This document shows positions 39,340 through 50,871 of a DNA stretch of 64,000 nucleotides, one piece after another. The first letter of the stretch is position 1. Every line of letters starts with the position of its first letter. This stretch comes from an uncultured bacterium (GTDB taxonomy: Bacteria > Oederibacteriota > JAAXVQ01 > JAUVAV01): the NCBI GenBank assembly GCA_963710755.1, contig CAVQBK010000013.1, positions 369,872 through 433,871 on the forward strand, written 5' to 3'. A program made the translations under genes and the position numbers. The notes below the pieces were generated by a model. It had not been told where the DNA came from and made no database searches. It saw only the letters and a program-made list of their open reading frames with translations.

Positions 39340-40317
39340 CTATAGAATCCCGTAAAAATCCGCCTGACATTTCGGACAATGATTGCCCTTAACATGAATA
39401 TTCAAAATCCGGTAGCCGTGCCGTTCAATCAGCAACTGGCCGCATTGGGCACAAAAGGTATTACCCTCGTCCCCGGGAATATTGCCCAGGTAAACCCACT
39501 TCAAATATTTTTTCGCAACCTCATAAGCCTGATGCATGAAGTCCACGTCCGTGGCCGCTTGGTCGTAATGGTATTGGGGATAATAGCGGGTTAAATGCAG
39601 TGGAATCGACGGCGAACAGGAGGCCAGCCACTGCGCCAATTCCCGTACCTCATCAAGGGAGTGACGGGGGTCGGTCACCATCAAATGGGTGACTTCCACA
39701 TGGCTGCTTTGGCTGACCCGCTTAATAGTGGCCTTCACCGGCTCCACTTGGCCGTGGCAGACCTCACGGTAAAAGCTGTCCTCCATGGATTTAAGGTCAA
39801 TGTTCCAGGCATCGATCAAGGGAATAAGGTCCTCCAACGGACCTGGATTTATGTAGCCATTGCTGACCATGACATTGATCAGGCCTTTGGCCTTTATTTT
39901 CCTGGCGCAATCCAGGATATATTCAATATTAATGATTGGTTCATTGTAGGTATAAGCCACCCCGCAGCTGTCAATAGCCGCGGCCTTTTGCGCCACCTCT
40001 TCGGGCAGCACTTCCATGGTGTCCGGGATGACCTGGGAGATGTCCCAGTTTTGGCAAAAATCGCATTTAAAATTACAGCCACCCGATCCCAACGACAAGA
40101 TAGCCCGGCCAGGTTTGACATGATAAAGAGGTTTTTTCTCGATAGGATCAAGATGACAAGCCGTCACCCGGCCGTACATGCTGGCCAGCAGCCGACCCTG
40201 GCGGTTTAAGCGGGCCTGGCATACCCCGGCTTTGCCCTCCTGGATAAGGCAATTCCAAGGGCAAAGGTCGCATCTAAGGCCGTGCGCTTCGGCATGCCAA
40301 TACCGGGCTTCCTGCAT
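39340..40317 (-). CDS. Radical SAM enzyme of the AmmeMemoRadiSam-system type (PFL-activase-like).
   Basis: 'GVCQARLNRQGRL...GSGGCNFKCDFCQNWDISQ' gives the CxxxCxxC cluster plus the upstream Cys pattern typical of this subfamily. Confidence 0.75.
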   Translation of the reverse strand: MQEARYWHAEAHGLRCDLCPWNCLIQEGKAGVCQARLNRQGRLLASMYGRVTACHLDPIEKKPLYHVKPGRAILSLGSGGCNFKCDFCQNWDISQVIPDTMEVLPEEVAQKAAAIDSCGVAYTYNEPIINIEYILDCARKIKAKGLINVMVSNGYINPGPLEDLIPLIDAWNIDLKSMEDSFYREVCHGQVEPVKATIKRVSQSSHVEVTHLMVTDPRHSLDEVRELAQWLASCSPSIPLHLTRYYPQYHYDQAATDVDFMHQAYEVAKKYLKWVYLGNIPGDEGNTFCAQCGQLLIERHGYRILNIHVKGNHCPKCQADFYGIL

Positions 40318-40321
40318 GGGC

Positions 40322-40792
40322 TTATCCTTTGTTCATGGTTTGTTCCGCTAATATAATCTTCAATTCATCCATAAAGGCATTGATATCCTTAAACTGGCGG
40401 TACACGGAGGCAAATCGCACATAGGCCACTTCGTCCATCTCGGCCAGTCTGCGCATGACCAGTTCCCCGATTTCATTGGCCTGGATTTCTTTTTCCATGC
40501 GGTTTTGGATAACTTTTTCAATTTCATCCACCGCGGCTTCCAACTGTTCCGTGGAAATTGGTCTTTTTTCACAGGCTTTACGCATACCGGACACAATTTT
40601 AAAGCGGTCGAAAGGTTCACGGCGGTTGTCTTTCTTAACCACCATGGGCAGCACTTCCTCTACCTGTTCATAGGTGGTAAAGCGTTTGGTGCACTGCAGG
40701 CATTCCCGGCGGCGGCGGATGGCCAAGCCGTTTTTACTGGTGCGCGAATCCACCACTTTATCTTCCTGGTAACCGCAAAATGGGCATTTCAT
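40322..40792 (-). CDS. nrdR: Transcriptional repressor NrdR.
   Basis: '[34 protein letters not shown]' zinc ribbon plus the ATP-cone. Confidence 0.92.
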   Translation of the reverse strand: MKCPFCGYQEDKVVDSRTSKNGLAIRRRRECLQCTKRFTTYEQVEEVLPMVVKKDNRREPFDRFKIVSGMRKACEKRPISTEQLEAAVDEIEKVIQNRMEKEIQANEIGELVMRRLAEMDEVAYVRFASVYRQFKDINAFMDELKIILAEQTMNKG

Positions 40793-40793
40793 A

Positions 40794-43055
40794 CTAGGGC
40801 TTTCCTCCTTGTAGGCGTGCGATACGTTGTTCCAATTCAGCCACCCGCCTAGAATGCGGCGCCTGGCTGATGATGGTTTGATACTCGCGAACCGCCAGTT
40901 CCGCCCGGCCCAGACGTTCCAGTATCAAGCCTTTATTATAGCGGGCTTCAAGATTTCCTGGTTGCAAGGACAGGGATTCATCAAAAGCCTGCAGCGCCCC
41001 TTCCAGCTCATTAAAGCGCACCCGCACGATACCCAAATTACTGAGCGTTGAGGCCCGGGTTAAAATATCGCCGCGCCAATTTTTTTCAGAAGCCAAAGTC
41101 AGGTTGCGTTTGGCTTTTTGCATATTGTTTTCCATCAACCCCACATACCCCAGATAGGCATAGGGCATGGCAAAATCAGGAAACAATTCAATCAGGTGCC
41201 GGGCTGTTTTTTCCACTTTGTCCCATTGGTGCAATGATATCAGAACCGAGGCCAGATCCAAATTAAAATACGCATTATAAGGATCAAGGGTTACGGCTTC
41301 TTGACAGGCCTTTTCTGCATCCTGCAGTTTTTGCTTATCCAACAGCTCTCCCCAATACTTGTACACCCTTCCCAGATTGTTATAGTTGTAGCCGTTGAGC
41401 GGATTCATGGCCAAGGTGTGGAGATGGATGGCTTCGGCTTTGCGCAGGTAGGATAGTTTGTCGGAGGCCTGTTTGGCCATCCCTTCCAGGGCAATGCCTT
41501 CTTTCACCCAATAAATTTCCCGCCAGGGATTGATAGCCACAGCCCGGTGCAGATCAGGCAGGGACCGCTCCACCTGTCCCTGAGTCATAAGGATAATACC
41601 CCGCTTGAAAAACACATCGGCAGACCACAACCGCAGCGACCAGAACATTAATCCAACTGCTGCCACTACCGCCGAGCCCACCAGAACCCACTGCCGGGCA
41701 GACCATTGGCCGGGCAGCAGGGGCTTATCCGGCGTCAGGCGCACCGGATCCTCTTGACGGCTTAACGCCGGCCCTAAAGCGAGAAAGAACCAGAACAGAG
41801 CTCCGTAAGCCACCACGGTAAAGTTGAATTGGTTCTGCACCAAAAAGCCTATTTGGGCCAAGGCAATGGCTGCGGCCAGATGGCGACGGTTCCCTTCCAA
41901 GTGGCGCAATTGCTTATAGACAATGGCAAAATAGGTAATCAGCAGCCACAGCCAGGCGCCGAGTCCCAGCAGGCCGGTGGTGGCGCCGATTTGCAGAAAG
42001 AAGTTGTGCGCTTTTTCCGGAGTGCCGTTCCATTCCAATTCCCAATATAAGGGTAGCCGGTACTTGGGAAAGGTGATTTGGAACGTATCCAACCCGCTGC
42101 CCCATAGAGGCTTATCCTTAATCATTTTCAAGGCACTTTTCCAGATGTAAAGGCGGGGCGTCATTTTAATTTCCGATACCTTGAGGGTGGCCAGGGTACG
42201 GTGGACAGTGGTTTTTACGGTCTGCCTGACCTGAGGCGCCAGCAGAGTTAAGCAGGCCATGACGGCAAAAACTATCAGCCAGCGTTTGTTTTCGCGCGCC
42301 AGACGTCCTGAACGCAGGTGGTCATAAATCAAATAAGCGCCAAAGGCCAGCATTTCCACGGCCAGGCCATAAACAGCGCCTCGGCTTTTGGTAAAAAAAA
42401 TGGCCACGGCCATGGTCACGGTCATCAACAAAAAAAGTAACTTAGAGGAGACGCGCTGATTGATAATGAAAAACATCCAGGCAATAGGCAGAGTCATCAG
42501 GCCGTAAGCTGCCAAAAAATTGGGATTGCCCAGGGACCCGAACATGCGGCTGGCCGAATAGGTGGTGGGATTCCATCGAATAAAATCGATGCCATAATTT
42601 TGCGCAATGCCATAAGCCGTGGCCAAGGTTCCGGCAATGACCACCATGTACAGATATTTTTTAACGTCCTGAAACGTGGTGGTGGTTTGGTGCACCAATA
42701 CCCAAAGCATAAGGTAAGCGGCAATGATGATAATGCCTTCGTAATCTTCATAAACCCCAAACACACTGGTGAGTATATTGTTGCTCAGGAGCGTGGACAA
42801 CAGCGCGCTCAGACCCACCGCCGCCATCGGCGCCCAAAGCGGTGAGGGCCGCCACCTCCAGCCATGATTGACCGTTTTGTAAACAAGCAAGGCCGCAAAG
42901 GCCGGCAGCAGCAGCAATTGAAACGACGTAACTTTGTTCATCTCAAACACATCATGGGTGCGGATGTAAAATATCAGCGGCACGATAAAGATCATGGCCA
43001 AGAGCGAGAGCCTAATGGTTTTTTCCAAGGTGAGGTTTAATTGATTGACGGTCAT
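40794..43055 (-). CDS. O-antigen ligase-like (Wzy/WaaL family) polytopic membrane protein fused to C-terminal TPR repeats.
   Basis: About 12 TM helices at the N-terminus with a large loop; the C-terminal ~280 aa are TPR-like (…[33 protein letters not shown]…). Confidence 0.7.
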   Translation of the reverse strand: MTVNQLNLTLEKTIRLSLLAMIFIVPLIFYIRTHDVFEMNKVTSFQLLLLPAFAALLVYKTVNHGWRWRPSPLWAPMAAVGLSALLSTLLSNNILTSVFGVYEDYEGIIIIAAYLMLWVLVHQTTTTFQDVKKYLYMVVIAGTLATAYGIAQNYGIDFIRWNPTTYSASRMFGSLGNPNFLAAYGLMTLPIAWMFFIINQRVSSKLLFLLMTVTMAVAIFFTKSRGAVYGLAVEMLAFGAYLIYDHLRSGRLARENKRWLIVFAVMACLTLLAPQVRQTVKTTVHRTLATLKVSEIKMTPRLYIWKSALKMIKDKPLWGSGLDTFQITFPKYRLPLYWELEWNGTPEKAHNFFLQIGATTGLLGLGAWLWLLITYFAIVYKQLRHLEGNRRHLAAAIALAQIGFLVQNQFNFTVVAYGALFWFFLALGPALSRQEDPVRLTPDKPLLPGQWSARQWVLVGSAVVAAVGLMFWSLRLWSADVFFKRGIILMTQGQVERSLPDLHRAVAINPWREIYWVKEGIALEGMAKQASDKLSYLRKAEAIHLHTLAMNPLNGYNYNNLGRVYKYWGELLDKQKLQDAEKACQEAVTLDPYNAYFNLDLASVLISLHQWDKVEKTARHLIELFPDFAMPYAYLGYVGLMENNMQKAKRNLTLASEKNWRGDILTRASTLSNLGIVRVRFNELEGALQAFDESLSLQPGNLEARYNKGLILERLGRAELAVREYQTIISQAPHSRRVAELEQRIARLQGGKP

Positions 43056-43109
43056 TTAAAACTCCTATGCAGGGTAACCCCCGGCGGACTTAATCATGTA
43101 AAAACGACA

Positions 43110-44246
43110 TCAGCTTCGGAAAGGCCGCGGTCGCCGGGGTTGATGCCCGCTGATCCACAAAAGCGCCGCCTCGATACGCGCGGCCGCCCGGCCATCTCCA
43201 AAAGGACAGACTTTCCGGCCTGGTCGGCCCGTAGGCTTGAGCAGCGCCAGAGCCTGGCGCTTGATGGCTTCCCGCGCCGGCGGCACGAGCACCGCTCCAG
43301 CACTAATGGCCTCAGGCCGTTCGGTAACATGACGGCATATTATGGTGCGGATGCCCAGGGCCGTGGCTTCTTCCTGAATGCCGCCGGAATCGGTTATGAC
43401 CAAGCGGGCATGGGCCAGCAAATTGACGAAAACATTATAAGCCATGGGCGCCTGCAGACCTAGATTTTTCAAAGGTTTTTTAAAAACCATTTGTACGGCC
43501 TGTCGCACACTGGGATTGGGATGGACGGGGAAAATAAACCCCAGCTCCGGGTTGAGCCGGGCCAGATCCAGAATAGCTTGAAGCATGGCTTTGAGCTCAG
43601 GTCCAAAACTTTCCCGGCGGTGCAGGGTGATGATTACATAGTCCTCAAATTGGTTAGTCCAGGGCCGATGGTCAAATCCGGTCTTAACCGTGGCCTGCAG
43701 TGCATCCACCACTGTATTGCCGGTTACAAAAATGTTCTGTTTGGCCACACCCTCCTCAAGCAGGTGCTGAGCTGCGCCGGAGGTAGGTGCAAAATGCCAG
43801 GACGCCAGCAGACTGATCGTGCGGCGATGCATTTCTTCGGGAAACGGGTTCATGGGTTGATAGGTGCGCAGCCCTGCCTCCAGATGGCCCACAGGAATTT
43901 TCTCATAAAAGCCGGCCCAGGCGCCGGCCAAGGCTGTGCTGGTATCCCCTTGCACCATGACCAAATGAGGCCTGCGCGCCTTAATCAGGGGGGCTAATTT
44001 TTCCAAAGCTGCTGCCGTAAACGCTGCCGGCGTAGACTTGGAAGCCATTAAATGTAAATGGTCATCAGGTGTCATCGCCCAGTGGGCGAGCATGGGCTCC
44101 AACAAATCCCGGTGCTGACCGGTTGTCACCACGGTGGTTTTGAAATGGGAAGACCGGGCTTTAAGGGCTTGGATCACGGGCGCGCACTTAATCACTTCCG
44201 GTCTGGTACCCATAATCACCAGAACATGGTATCGGTTCACAACCAT
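43110..44246 (-). CDS. wecB: UDP-N-acetylglucosamine 2-epimerase (non-hydrolysing).
   Basis: 'HVLVIMGTRPEVIKCAPVIQAL...HLEAGLRT...' is the WecB/MnaA signature. Confidence 0.9.
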   Translation of the reverse strand: MVVNRYHVLVIMGTRPEVIKCAPVIQALKARSSHFKTTVVTTGQHRDLLEPMLAHWAMTPDDHLHLMASKSTPAAFTAAALEKLAPLIKARRPHLVMVQGDTSTALAGAWAGFYEKIPVGHLEAGLRTYQPMNPFPEEMHRRTISLLASWHFAPTSGAAQHLLEEGVAKQNIFVTGNTVVDALQATVKTGFDHRPWTNQFEDYVIITLHRRESFGPELKAMLQAILDLARLNPELGFIFPVHPNPSVRQAVQMVFKKPLKNLGLQAPMAYNVFVNLLAHARLVITDSGGIQEEATALGIRTIICRHVTERPEAISAGAVLVPPAREAIKRQALALLKPTGRPGRKVCPFGDGRAAARIEAALLWISGHQPRRPRPFRS

Positions 44247-45280
44247 AATAACCCCAATCCCAGCGCCGACAAGAAAATGGAAATCATATTGATGAAGGCT
44301 ACAGTCGCGGTCTTGGTGAATCCCCGCTTTTGCAGCTCATGGTGCCAGTGCCGGTTGTCAGCCTTGGAAATTGGTTCTCCCCGCCGCCAGCGTCTGAAAA
44401 TAACCTGCACTGTATCCAACATGGGCCAGGCTAATATTAAAATCACCGTCCACGGTGCCGCGGCGGTGGGCGCCTGCCCCATAATTAAGATGCCTGCCAA
44501 ACACAAGGTAAACCCGAACAGGCTGGACCCGGCATCACCTAAAAACAAACCGGCAGGCCAACGGTTGAAACGGTAAAACCCCAGGGCAGCGCCGGCACTG
44601 GCTGAAGCGATCAATGCCCCCAAGCGGCTTTGATAAGCGGCCAATAAGTTATCACTCTGCGCAGCGGCCACTACCCCGCCAATGCTCAAGGCCAAGCCGG
44701 CGATAAAGGTTTGACTGGCGGCCAGACCGTCTACCCCATCGATAAAATTAAAGGCATTAACCATGAAAAGCATCCACAGACAACTTAACATGAGACCAGC
44801 CAGAGGCCAGAGCCAAATAACCCCCTCCGAACCGGGGGCTCGGAACCCATGGAAATAAAAACCGGCAAAGACGACCAGCAAAACCGCTACAATTTGGGTG
44901 AGAAGCTTAACTTTGGGCGGTAAGACCATCTTATCATCCACCAGGCCGGCCACGGTAATGATGAGAAACGCCAGGCCCACGATCCACAGCCTCTGACCCA
45001 GAAAGTCGCCGTGATAGCTCAACCAGAGCTGGACCTGTGGCAAACGAACTGCCATTAGCCAGGCGGTCGTCAAGCCCAAGGCCACGGCCAGGCCGCCCCA
45101 TAAGGGCACCAACCGACGGTGGCGTTTGCGCTTGCGGTCCGGCTTATCGATTACATCATAATGGCGGGCCAGACGTTTAACCCAGGGGGTGGTCAAAAAG
45201 GTGATCACCCCGGCCGTGGCCATGATGATCAGGTTGGTCAGCATAAGGATCCCCTGACTGGGAAGATCACTTCCCTTCAA
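44237..45280 (-). CDS. wecA: Glycosyltransferase family 4 (MraY/WecA-like) undecaprenyl-phosphate sugar-1-phosphate transferase.
   Basis: Polytopic membrane protein; '[13 protein letters not shown]' motif. Confidence 0.8.
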   Translation of the reverse strand: MKGSDLPSQGILMLTNLIIMATAGVITFLTTPWVKRLARHYDVIDKPDRKRKRHRRLVPLWGGLAVALGLTTAWLMAVRLPQVQLWLSYHGDFLGQRLWIVGLAFLIITVAGLVDDKMVLPPKVKLLTQIVAVLLVVFAGFYFHGFRAPGSEGVIWLWPLAGLMLSCLWMLFMVNAFNFIDGVDGLAASQTFIAGLALSIGGVVAAAQSDNLLAAYQSRLGALIASASAGAALGFYRFNRWPAGLFLGDAGSSLFGFTLCLAGILIMGQAPTAAAPWTVILILAWPMLDTVQVIFRRWRRGEPISKADNRHWHHELQKRGFTKTATVAFINMISIFLSALGLGLLWL

Positions 45281-45758
45281 GCTGTTCGAAATGCACCAGG
45301 GCCACGCCGGCCTCTTCCAGCATTTCCAGGGATAATTGATCGGGGTAATGGCCTTCGTAAATTATTTTCTTGATACCGGCATTGATGATCATCTTGGTGC
45401 AGATCACACAGGGTTGGGTGGTGCAATAGAGCGTGGCACCGGCAATGGAACTGCCGTGGACGGCAGCTTGAATAATGGCATTTTGTTCACCATGCAGGCC
45501 GCGGCAGATTTCATGCCGTTCCCCTGAGGGAATATTGAGCTTGCTTCTCAAGCATCCCACCTCAGCACAGTGTCTGAGGCCCTTGGGTGGTCCATTATAG
45601 CCGGTGGCGATGATATGTTTATCTTTAACCAATATAGCGCCCACCGACCGCCGGGTACAGGTGGAGCGCTTGGCTACGACCTTGGTAATCTCCATAAAAT
45701 AGTGATCCCAACTGGGACGTTGGTTCCCGGGTTGAGGTTGGTTTGCTGCTGTTGTCAT
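45267..45758 (-). CDS. dCMP deaminase (CMP/dCMP-type zinc deaminase).
   Basis: 'HAEVGCL...' plus 'PCVICTKMI' (HAE / PCxxC zinc site). Confidence 0.85.
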   Translation of the reverse strand: MTTAANQPQPGNQRPSWDHYFMEITKVVAKRSTCTRRSVGAILVKDKHIIATGYNGPPKGLRHCAEVGCLRSKLNIPSGERHEICRGLHGEQNAIIQAAVHGSSIAGATLYCTTQPCVICTKMIINAGIKKIIYEGHYPDQLSLEMLEEAGVALVHFEQLEGK

Positions 45759-45971
45759 TAGATTCTATGTCTCCAAGATCTAGGTTTTTTGCGCAGCCGG
45801 CGGCGTCCCTACATAATAATATCTTAACCGGTCGGGCTAGATAATTTTTTCCGGCTGTGCCCTTACGTCAAAGAAGATCGCAAAGAAGGACAAACCCTAG
45901 GCAACAAAACTTTAACTTTGCGTCCTTTGCGGCTTGCCATGAAAAATAATATTTTTTCCCGCTTTGCCAGT

Positions 45972-47213
45972 TCAGTCCTCTTTGAAATCCGGAAATTGCC
46001 GGCACAGGGCATTGACCTCTTGACGAATACTGGCCAAAGCCTCGGTAGTACCGGAACTATGCACCACTCGGTGAACAAAACCGGCAATGGTCTTCATTTC
46101 TTCTTCTTTCATCCCCCGGGTGGTGACGGCTGATACGCCCAAACGCACACCGGAGGTAACCCTCGGACCGAGTGGATCATTGGGGATACCGTTTTTATTG
46201 GCCACGATACCGGCTTGTTCCAGACGCTCGGCAATGTCGGCGCCGGTCTTGTTCAGCCGTCTCAAGTCCAACAGAATCAGATGATTGTCCGTACCGCCGG
46301 TGACCAAATCAAAGTCAAAGCGCAACAGTTCTTCGGCCAGCGTCTTGGCATTGGCAATAATCTGTTCTGCGTAGCGCTTAAAACTATCACCGGCAGCTTC
46401 CTTGAACGCCACGGCTTTGGCGGCGATAACATGCATCAAGGGACCGCCTTGCAGTCCTGGAAAAACAGCGCTGTCAATTTTTTTGGCGTACTCGCTCCGT
46501 GAGAGCACAAACCCGCTGCGCGGTCCGCGCAGGGTTTTATGAGTGGTGGAGGTCACCACATCCGCGAAGGGCACAGGCGAAGGGTGTACTCCGCCGGCAA
46601 TCAACCCGGCGATGTGAGCGATATCCACCATCAAATAAGCCCCCACGCTGTCGCAAATTTCACGGAATTTGGGAAAGTCAATGACACGGGGATAGGCTGA
46701 AGCCCCGGCAATGATTAAGGCCGGCCGAAAAGCTTTGGCCTGGTCGGCCAAGGCATCATAATCAATAAGATGGGTTTTTTCGTTCACTTTATAACTGTCC
46801 GACTGATATAGTTTCCCGGAAAAATTAAACTTGGCGCCATGGGTCAGATGGCCGCCATCAGCCAAATCCATACCCAGGATTTTATCCCCCGGTTTGAGCA
46901 GCGCCATATAGGCTGCCATATTGGCGGTGCTGCCGGAATGGGGCTGCACATTGGCATGTTCCGCGCCGAACAGGGTTTTAAGTCTGTCGATGGCCAGCTG
47001 TTCGATGTCATCGGCCGGTCCGCATCCCTGATAATAACGGGCGCGGGGATAACCTTCGGCGTATTTGTTGGTAAAGAGGCTGCCCTGGGCTTCCAGAACC
47101 GCCGCGGAGGTATAATTTTCGGAAGCAATCATCTGCAGGCGCGTATGCTCGCGCTCTACCTCCGCTTCAATGATTTGATAAACTTCCTGATCGCTTTGAC
47201 TTAAGGGTTTCAA
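45972..47213 (-). CDS. glyA: Serine hydroxymethyltransferase.
   Basis: '...[15 protein letters not shown]...[12 protein letters not shown]...' is the PLP-lysine motif. Confidence 0.95.
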   Translation of the reverse strand: MKPLSQSDQEVYQIIEAEVEREHTRLQMIASENYTSAAVLEAQGSLFTNKYAEGYPRARYYQGCGPADDIEQLAIDRLKTLFGAEHANVQPHSGSTANMAAYMALLKPGDKILGMDLADGGHLTHGAKFNFSGKLYQSDSYKVNEKTHLIDYDALADQAKAFRPALIIAGASAYPRVIDFPKFREICDSVGAYLMVDIAHIAGLIAGGVHPSPVPFADVVTSTTHKTLRGPRSGFVLSRSEYAKKIDSAVFPGLQGGPLMHVIAAKAVAFKEAAGDSFKRYAEQIIANAKTLAEELLRFDFDLVTGGTDNHLILLDLRRLNKTGADIAERLEQAGIVANKNGIPNDPLGPRVTSGVRLGVSAVTTRGMKEEEMKTIAGFVHRVVHSSGTTEALASIRQEVNALCRQFPDFKED

Positions 47214-47227
47214 TGTCTGGCCTCTCT

Positions 47228-47686
47228 TTATTTGGATATGAAATATTTATTTTCAATTTCCTTGATTTTATCCAGCCGCCGCTGATGGCGATCACCGGAA
47301 AAGCGGGCATGCAGCCAGGCTTTGATCATGGCCATGGCCATGTCCTTGCCGATCACCCGGCCCGGCAACACCAGGATATTGGCATTATTGTGTTCCCGTG
47401 CATATTGGGCCACATAGGTGTTGTAGGCCAAGGCCGCCCGCACACCGGGCACTTTGTTGGCTGCGATGGACATGCCCACGCCGGTACCGCAGATTAAAAT
47501 CCCCAGATGGTCTTCCCCTTCCTGCGCCACCGCCTCGGCCACCTTCAAGCCGATATCAGGATAATCACAAGACTCTTCCGTGGAGGTGCCGAAATCCTTA
47601 AAGGCCAATCCTTCCTTGGTCAAGGCGTTGATAATGTTTTCTTTTAATTCATAACCTGCATGATCACTGCCAATATAAAGTTGCAT
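47228..47686 (-). CDS. rpiB: Ribose-5-phosphate isomerase B.
   Basis: '[19 protein letters not shown]...[13 protein letters not shown]' is the RpiB/LacAB signature. Confidence 0.92.
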   Translation of the reverse strand: MQLYIGSDHAGYELKENIINALTKEGLAFKDFGTSTEESCDYPDIGLKVAEAVAQEGEDHLGILICGTGVGMSIAANKVPGVRAALAYNTYVAQYAREHNNANILVLPGRVIGKDMAMAMIKAWLHARFSGDRHQRRLDKIKEIENKYFISK

Positions 47687-47824
47687 ACTTCCCCCTTGAA
47701 CGTACCAGACGCGCTTCGGCCTGTCATGGCTAAAGACGGCATCATTCGGTGATTAAAAAAGTTTAACCCGGATTATACCACAGGTGTCATGGCTGAAGGG
47801 ACAAAATGTTTTATACCAATGGAT

Positions 47825-49387
47825 TTATACGGAAACGGCTTTCATCCCGGTCACCCGGTAGACGGAGACTTGATCCCGCTTGCCCTTGACCGTAATGGGT
47901 GATAATTTTTCGCAGAGCACATGGTTTTTAACAGCCTGGTAGGTGGTTTCCGAAATCAACACGCTGCCGCCTTCGGCAATCGCTTCCAAGCGGGCCGCCA
48001 AATTAACGGCATCGCCGATCACGGTATAGTCCATTTTTTGGGCCGAGCCCATATTGCCTGAAACCACATCGCCTGTATTGACCCCAATGCCGATGGTGAC
48101 GGTCTTAAGACCTTCATTTTTACGGCGATGGTTCAATGCTTTAATGGCTTCCTGGATTTCCACGCCTGTTCTTACGGCCCGTACCACGTCGTCCTCCATG
48201 GGCAGGGGCACGCCGTAGACTGCCATAACGCAGTCACCGACAAACTTGTCCAGCATGCCGCCATTACGCAGCACAATTTCGGTCTGGACGGAAAGGTATT
48301 CATTGATCACCGAGACCACGGCCTCAGGCTCCAGGGTTTCCGACATGGACGTAAAGCCCCGGATGTCGGTGAACAGCATTGTGGCCCGTTTACGGGCACC
48401 GCCAAGCGCCAATTTGCCGGGATCTTTCAGAACTTCTTCCATCACTTGGCTGGACACGTAGGTACAAAAAGCACCTTTAATTTGTTCCTTCTCCCGTAAC
48501 GAGGCCGCCATCTGGTTGAAGGCCGCCGTCAGCTCACCCAACTCATCATTCCTGCTGATTTTAATCTCCTGGTTGAGGTCACCGCCGGCAATGGCCAATA
48601 CACCGGCCACCAGATTTTTAAGAGGTTGGGTCATGAAGTGCGCCAGAAAAATGGCCGCAATCGTTCCCAACAGCAGCATAATGCCGGTGACCACCAGCAA
48701 CTTGACGGCTGCCTGTTTAACGGTGATATCCACCAGTTTTTGGGACATGCCCAAATGAACCACGCCGATTTGTTTGCCCCCCAACTTACCCAGCCGGTTA
48801 ACTAAGATGGGAATGGCGATATCGAACCGGCGCTCTCCGTTGGCGGTCGTATAAGGCTGAACCAATAGCGATTCCCCCGCATAAGGCTTGACGCCTTGAG
48901 GCGGTACGTAAGGCTGGGAGACTTTGCGGATGTCATTATGGGCCACGATGGTGCCGCTTGAATCGGTCATTAGGATTTCCACTACACCGGCATTACGTTT
49001 GATATTCTGAGTATATGCTTTTTGCTGGCCAAAAATATCTCCTCGCAAGGAAAGAAAAATGCTTTTAAAGGTAACCTCGGGCATGGCCGCAGCACGGGCA
49101 TCGGGCATGGTTTCATGAATTAAAGCAGCGCACACTAAATCATTAAGTACAGCTTCGGCTGCCGAGGAAGCCAGGCTGCGGGCAATAGTAGCGCCCCGTT
49201 TCACAACTTCCTCACGCAGCGATTTTTGCTGCTGCCGATAAGTCAGGATAGTCGTCAGCACCATAATGGTTCCTACGGTGAGCACCACGAAGAAAGTGAA
49301 TTGCAACCTGATAGGAATACGCAATCCTTTTTTTTTAATCTTTTGCGCTTGCGGTTTCTGCGCCAATGCTGCCGTTGGCTTACTCAC
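47825..49387 (-). CDS. Membrane-bound class III adenylate/guanylate cyclase with a periplasmic sensor domain and HAMP.
   Basis: N-terminal TM, sensor region ending 'GVVHLGMSQK', second TM, HAMP, then 'FTDIRGFTSM...KFVGDCVMAVYG...NLAARLE' (metal Asp x2 and N/R transition-state residues present). Confidence 0.85.
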   Translation of the reverse strand: MSKPTAALAQKPQAQKIKKKGLRIPIRLQFTFFVVLTVGTIMVLTTILTYRQQQKSLREEVVKRGATIARSLASSAAEAVLNDLVCAALIHETMPDARAAAMPEVTFKSIFLSLRGDIFGQQKAYTQNIKRNAGVVEILMTDSSGTIVAHNDIRKVSQPYVPPQGVKPYAGESLLVQPYTTANGERRFDIAIPILVNRLGKLGGKQIGVVHLGMSQKLVDITVKQAAVKLLVVTGIMLLLGTIAAIFLAHFMTQPLKNLVAGVLAIAGGDLNQEIKISRNDELGELTAAFNQMAASLREKEQIKGAFCTYVSSQVMEEVLKDPGKLALGGARKRATMLFTDIRGFTSMSETLEPEAVVSVINEYLSVQTEIVLRNGGMLDKFVGDCVMAVYGVPLPMEDDVVRAVRTGVEIQEAIKALNHRRKNEGLKTVTIGIGVNTGDVVSGNMGSAQKMDYTVIGDAVNLAARLEAIAEGGSVLISETTYQAVKNHVLCEKLSPITVKGKRDQVSVYRVTGMKAVSV

Positions 49388-50742
49388 GATCCGCTTTCCT
49401 CCTGTTGCTTTTCCAGCATGACCACAAAGGCACCCACCAATTCAGGATCCAACTGGGTCCCGGCATTCCTTTTAAGTTCTTCCATGGCATCACGCCGGCT
49501 GATGGGAGCGCGGTGTTTTTGTTCCGAGGTCATGGCGTCAAAAGCATCGGCTACAGCCAGAATACGTGCGCCCAGGGGAATAGTCTTGCCTGACAGCCCC
49601 TGGGGATAACCCTTGCCGTCATAGCGTTCATGATGATGCATCACCAAGGGCACGACCCCACGCAAGGCTTCGATTTGTTTCAAGATGTCGGCGCCCACCA
49701 ACGTATGCTGCTTCATTGTTTCGTATTCTTCCGCCGTCAATTTCCCGGTCTTTTCTAAAATCACGTCGGGTACGGCAATATGACCGATGTTCTGGACCTG
49801 ACCGGCCAGATGAATGTTAGCGATCTCTTCCTGATCCAGACCGATATGTACCGCCAAATTAGCCGCATATTCCGATACGCGCTGGTCATGGCCGCCTACA
49901 AATTTGTCGCGGTGCTCCAGTGCTTTGGCCATGGCGCGCAGCACGCCGATGTAAAGTTCTTTTAAATTATCGGCCATTTCATTGAATGCATTAGCCAAAA
50001 TGGCCAGCTCGCTTTTACCCTTGATATTAATTTTAAAATTAAGATTGCCGGCGCCGATTTCATGCACCCCGCGCATCAATTCGCTCACAGGCTTCATCAT
50101 AATATTGGTGACAAAAACCGCGATGATAATGCCAATCAATAATAAGGCCGCGGCAATGGACAATGATTCCCGAAAGGCTTGACCGACATGCTCGGTAACC
50201 GATTTCTGAGACATGCCCACATGCACACTGCCTATTTGAACGCCGTTACGAAGATTGATGGGAATAGCAATATCGGTTAGGGCATGGTCATCCTGGTTCT
50301 TGAAAGATTGAATGAGAATCTCTTCATTGGTGAGCGGTCTTAAGCCAACCGGTTCCACGTACTCCTTACCTATATTGGCGATCTTGCTATGGGCCAAAAT
50401 TTTTCCCTTATCATCGAGAATCATGGCATAAGCCACGCCCTCGTTTTTCATAACACTGGTGACGAAAGTGGCCAAAGATAACCGATCGCCGTTGATTAAG
50501 GCATCGGTGCTGATGGTGGCCAAATTCCGGGTAATGGTGGATCCTCTTCTGGTCATTTCCCGCAGCAGGACTTCCCTTTCCTGCTGGGTGAAAAAATAAG
50601 TGGAGCCAAAAACTGTAACCGCTACCAGGGTAACGGTCATCAGGATGAATTGAAATTTCAGACCAGCACGCATAGGAACCTCCGAGACTCCCACCAAAAA
50701 TGGACCACCGCAAGGCTGGCAGCAGTCCACCTTAGGGAGCAT
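49384..50742 (-). CDS. Sensor-HAMP-HD-GYP protein with a degenerate HD dyad (QN-GYP). The start may be the Met at about 50673.
   Basis: The periplasmic sensor, paralogous to the cyclase sensor, ends 'GSVHVGMSQK'; HAMP; 'HHERYDGKGYPQGL' is present, but the LHDIGK position reads 'VQNIGH'. Confidence 0.8.
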   Translation of the reverse strand: MLPKVDCCQPCGGPFLVGVSEVPMRAGLKFQFILMTVTLVAVTVFGSTYFFTQQEREVLLREMTRRGSTITRNLATISTDALINGDRLSLATFVTSVMKNEGVAYAMILDDKGKILAHSKIANIGKEYVEPVGLRPLTNEEILIQSFKNQDDHALTDIAIPINLRNGVQIGSVHVGMSQKSVTEHVGQAFRESLSIAAALLLIGIIIAVFVTNIMMKPVSELMRGVHEIGAGNLNFKINIKGKSELAILANAFNEMADNLKELYIGVLRAMAKALEHRDKFVGGHDQRVSEYAANLAVHIGLDQEEIANIHLAGQVQNIGHIAVPDVILEKTGKLTAEEYETMKQHTLVGADILKQIEALRGVVPLVMHHHERYDGKGYPQGLSGKTIPLGARILAVADAFDAMTSEQKHRAPISRRDAMEELKRNAGTQLDPELVGAFVVMLEKQQEESGS

Positions 50743-50871
50743 ATGGTTATTTATTTATTCATTCTATATCAGCTAAACGTTGCCCTGCCTGCTGGGCGAC
50801 AGGCGTCATGGGATTGATTAATTATCGGCAGGTTTACAATTGGTCGACAGTTTAGCAAGTGAAAATCTTGG

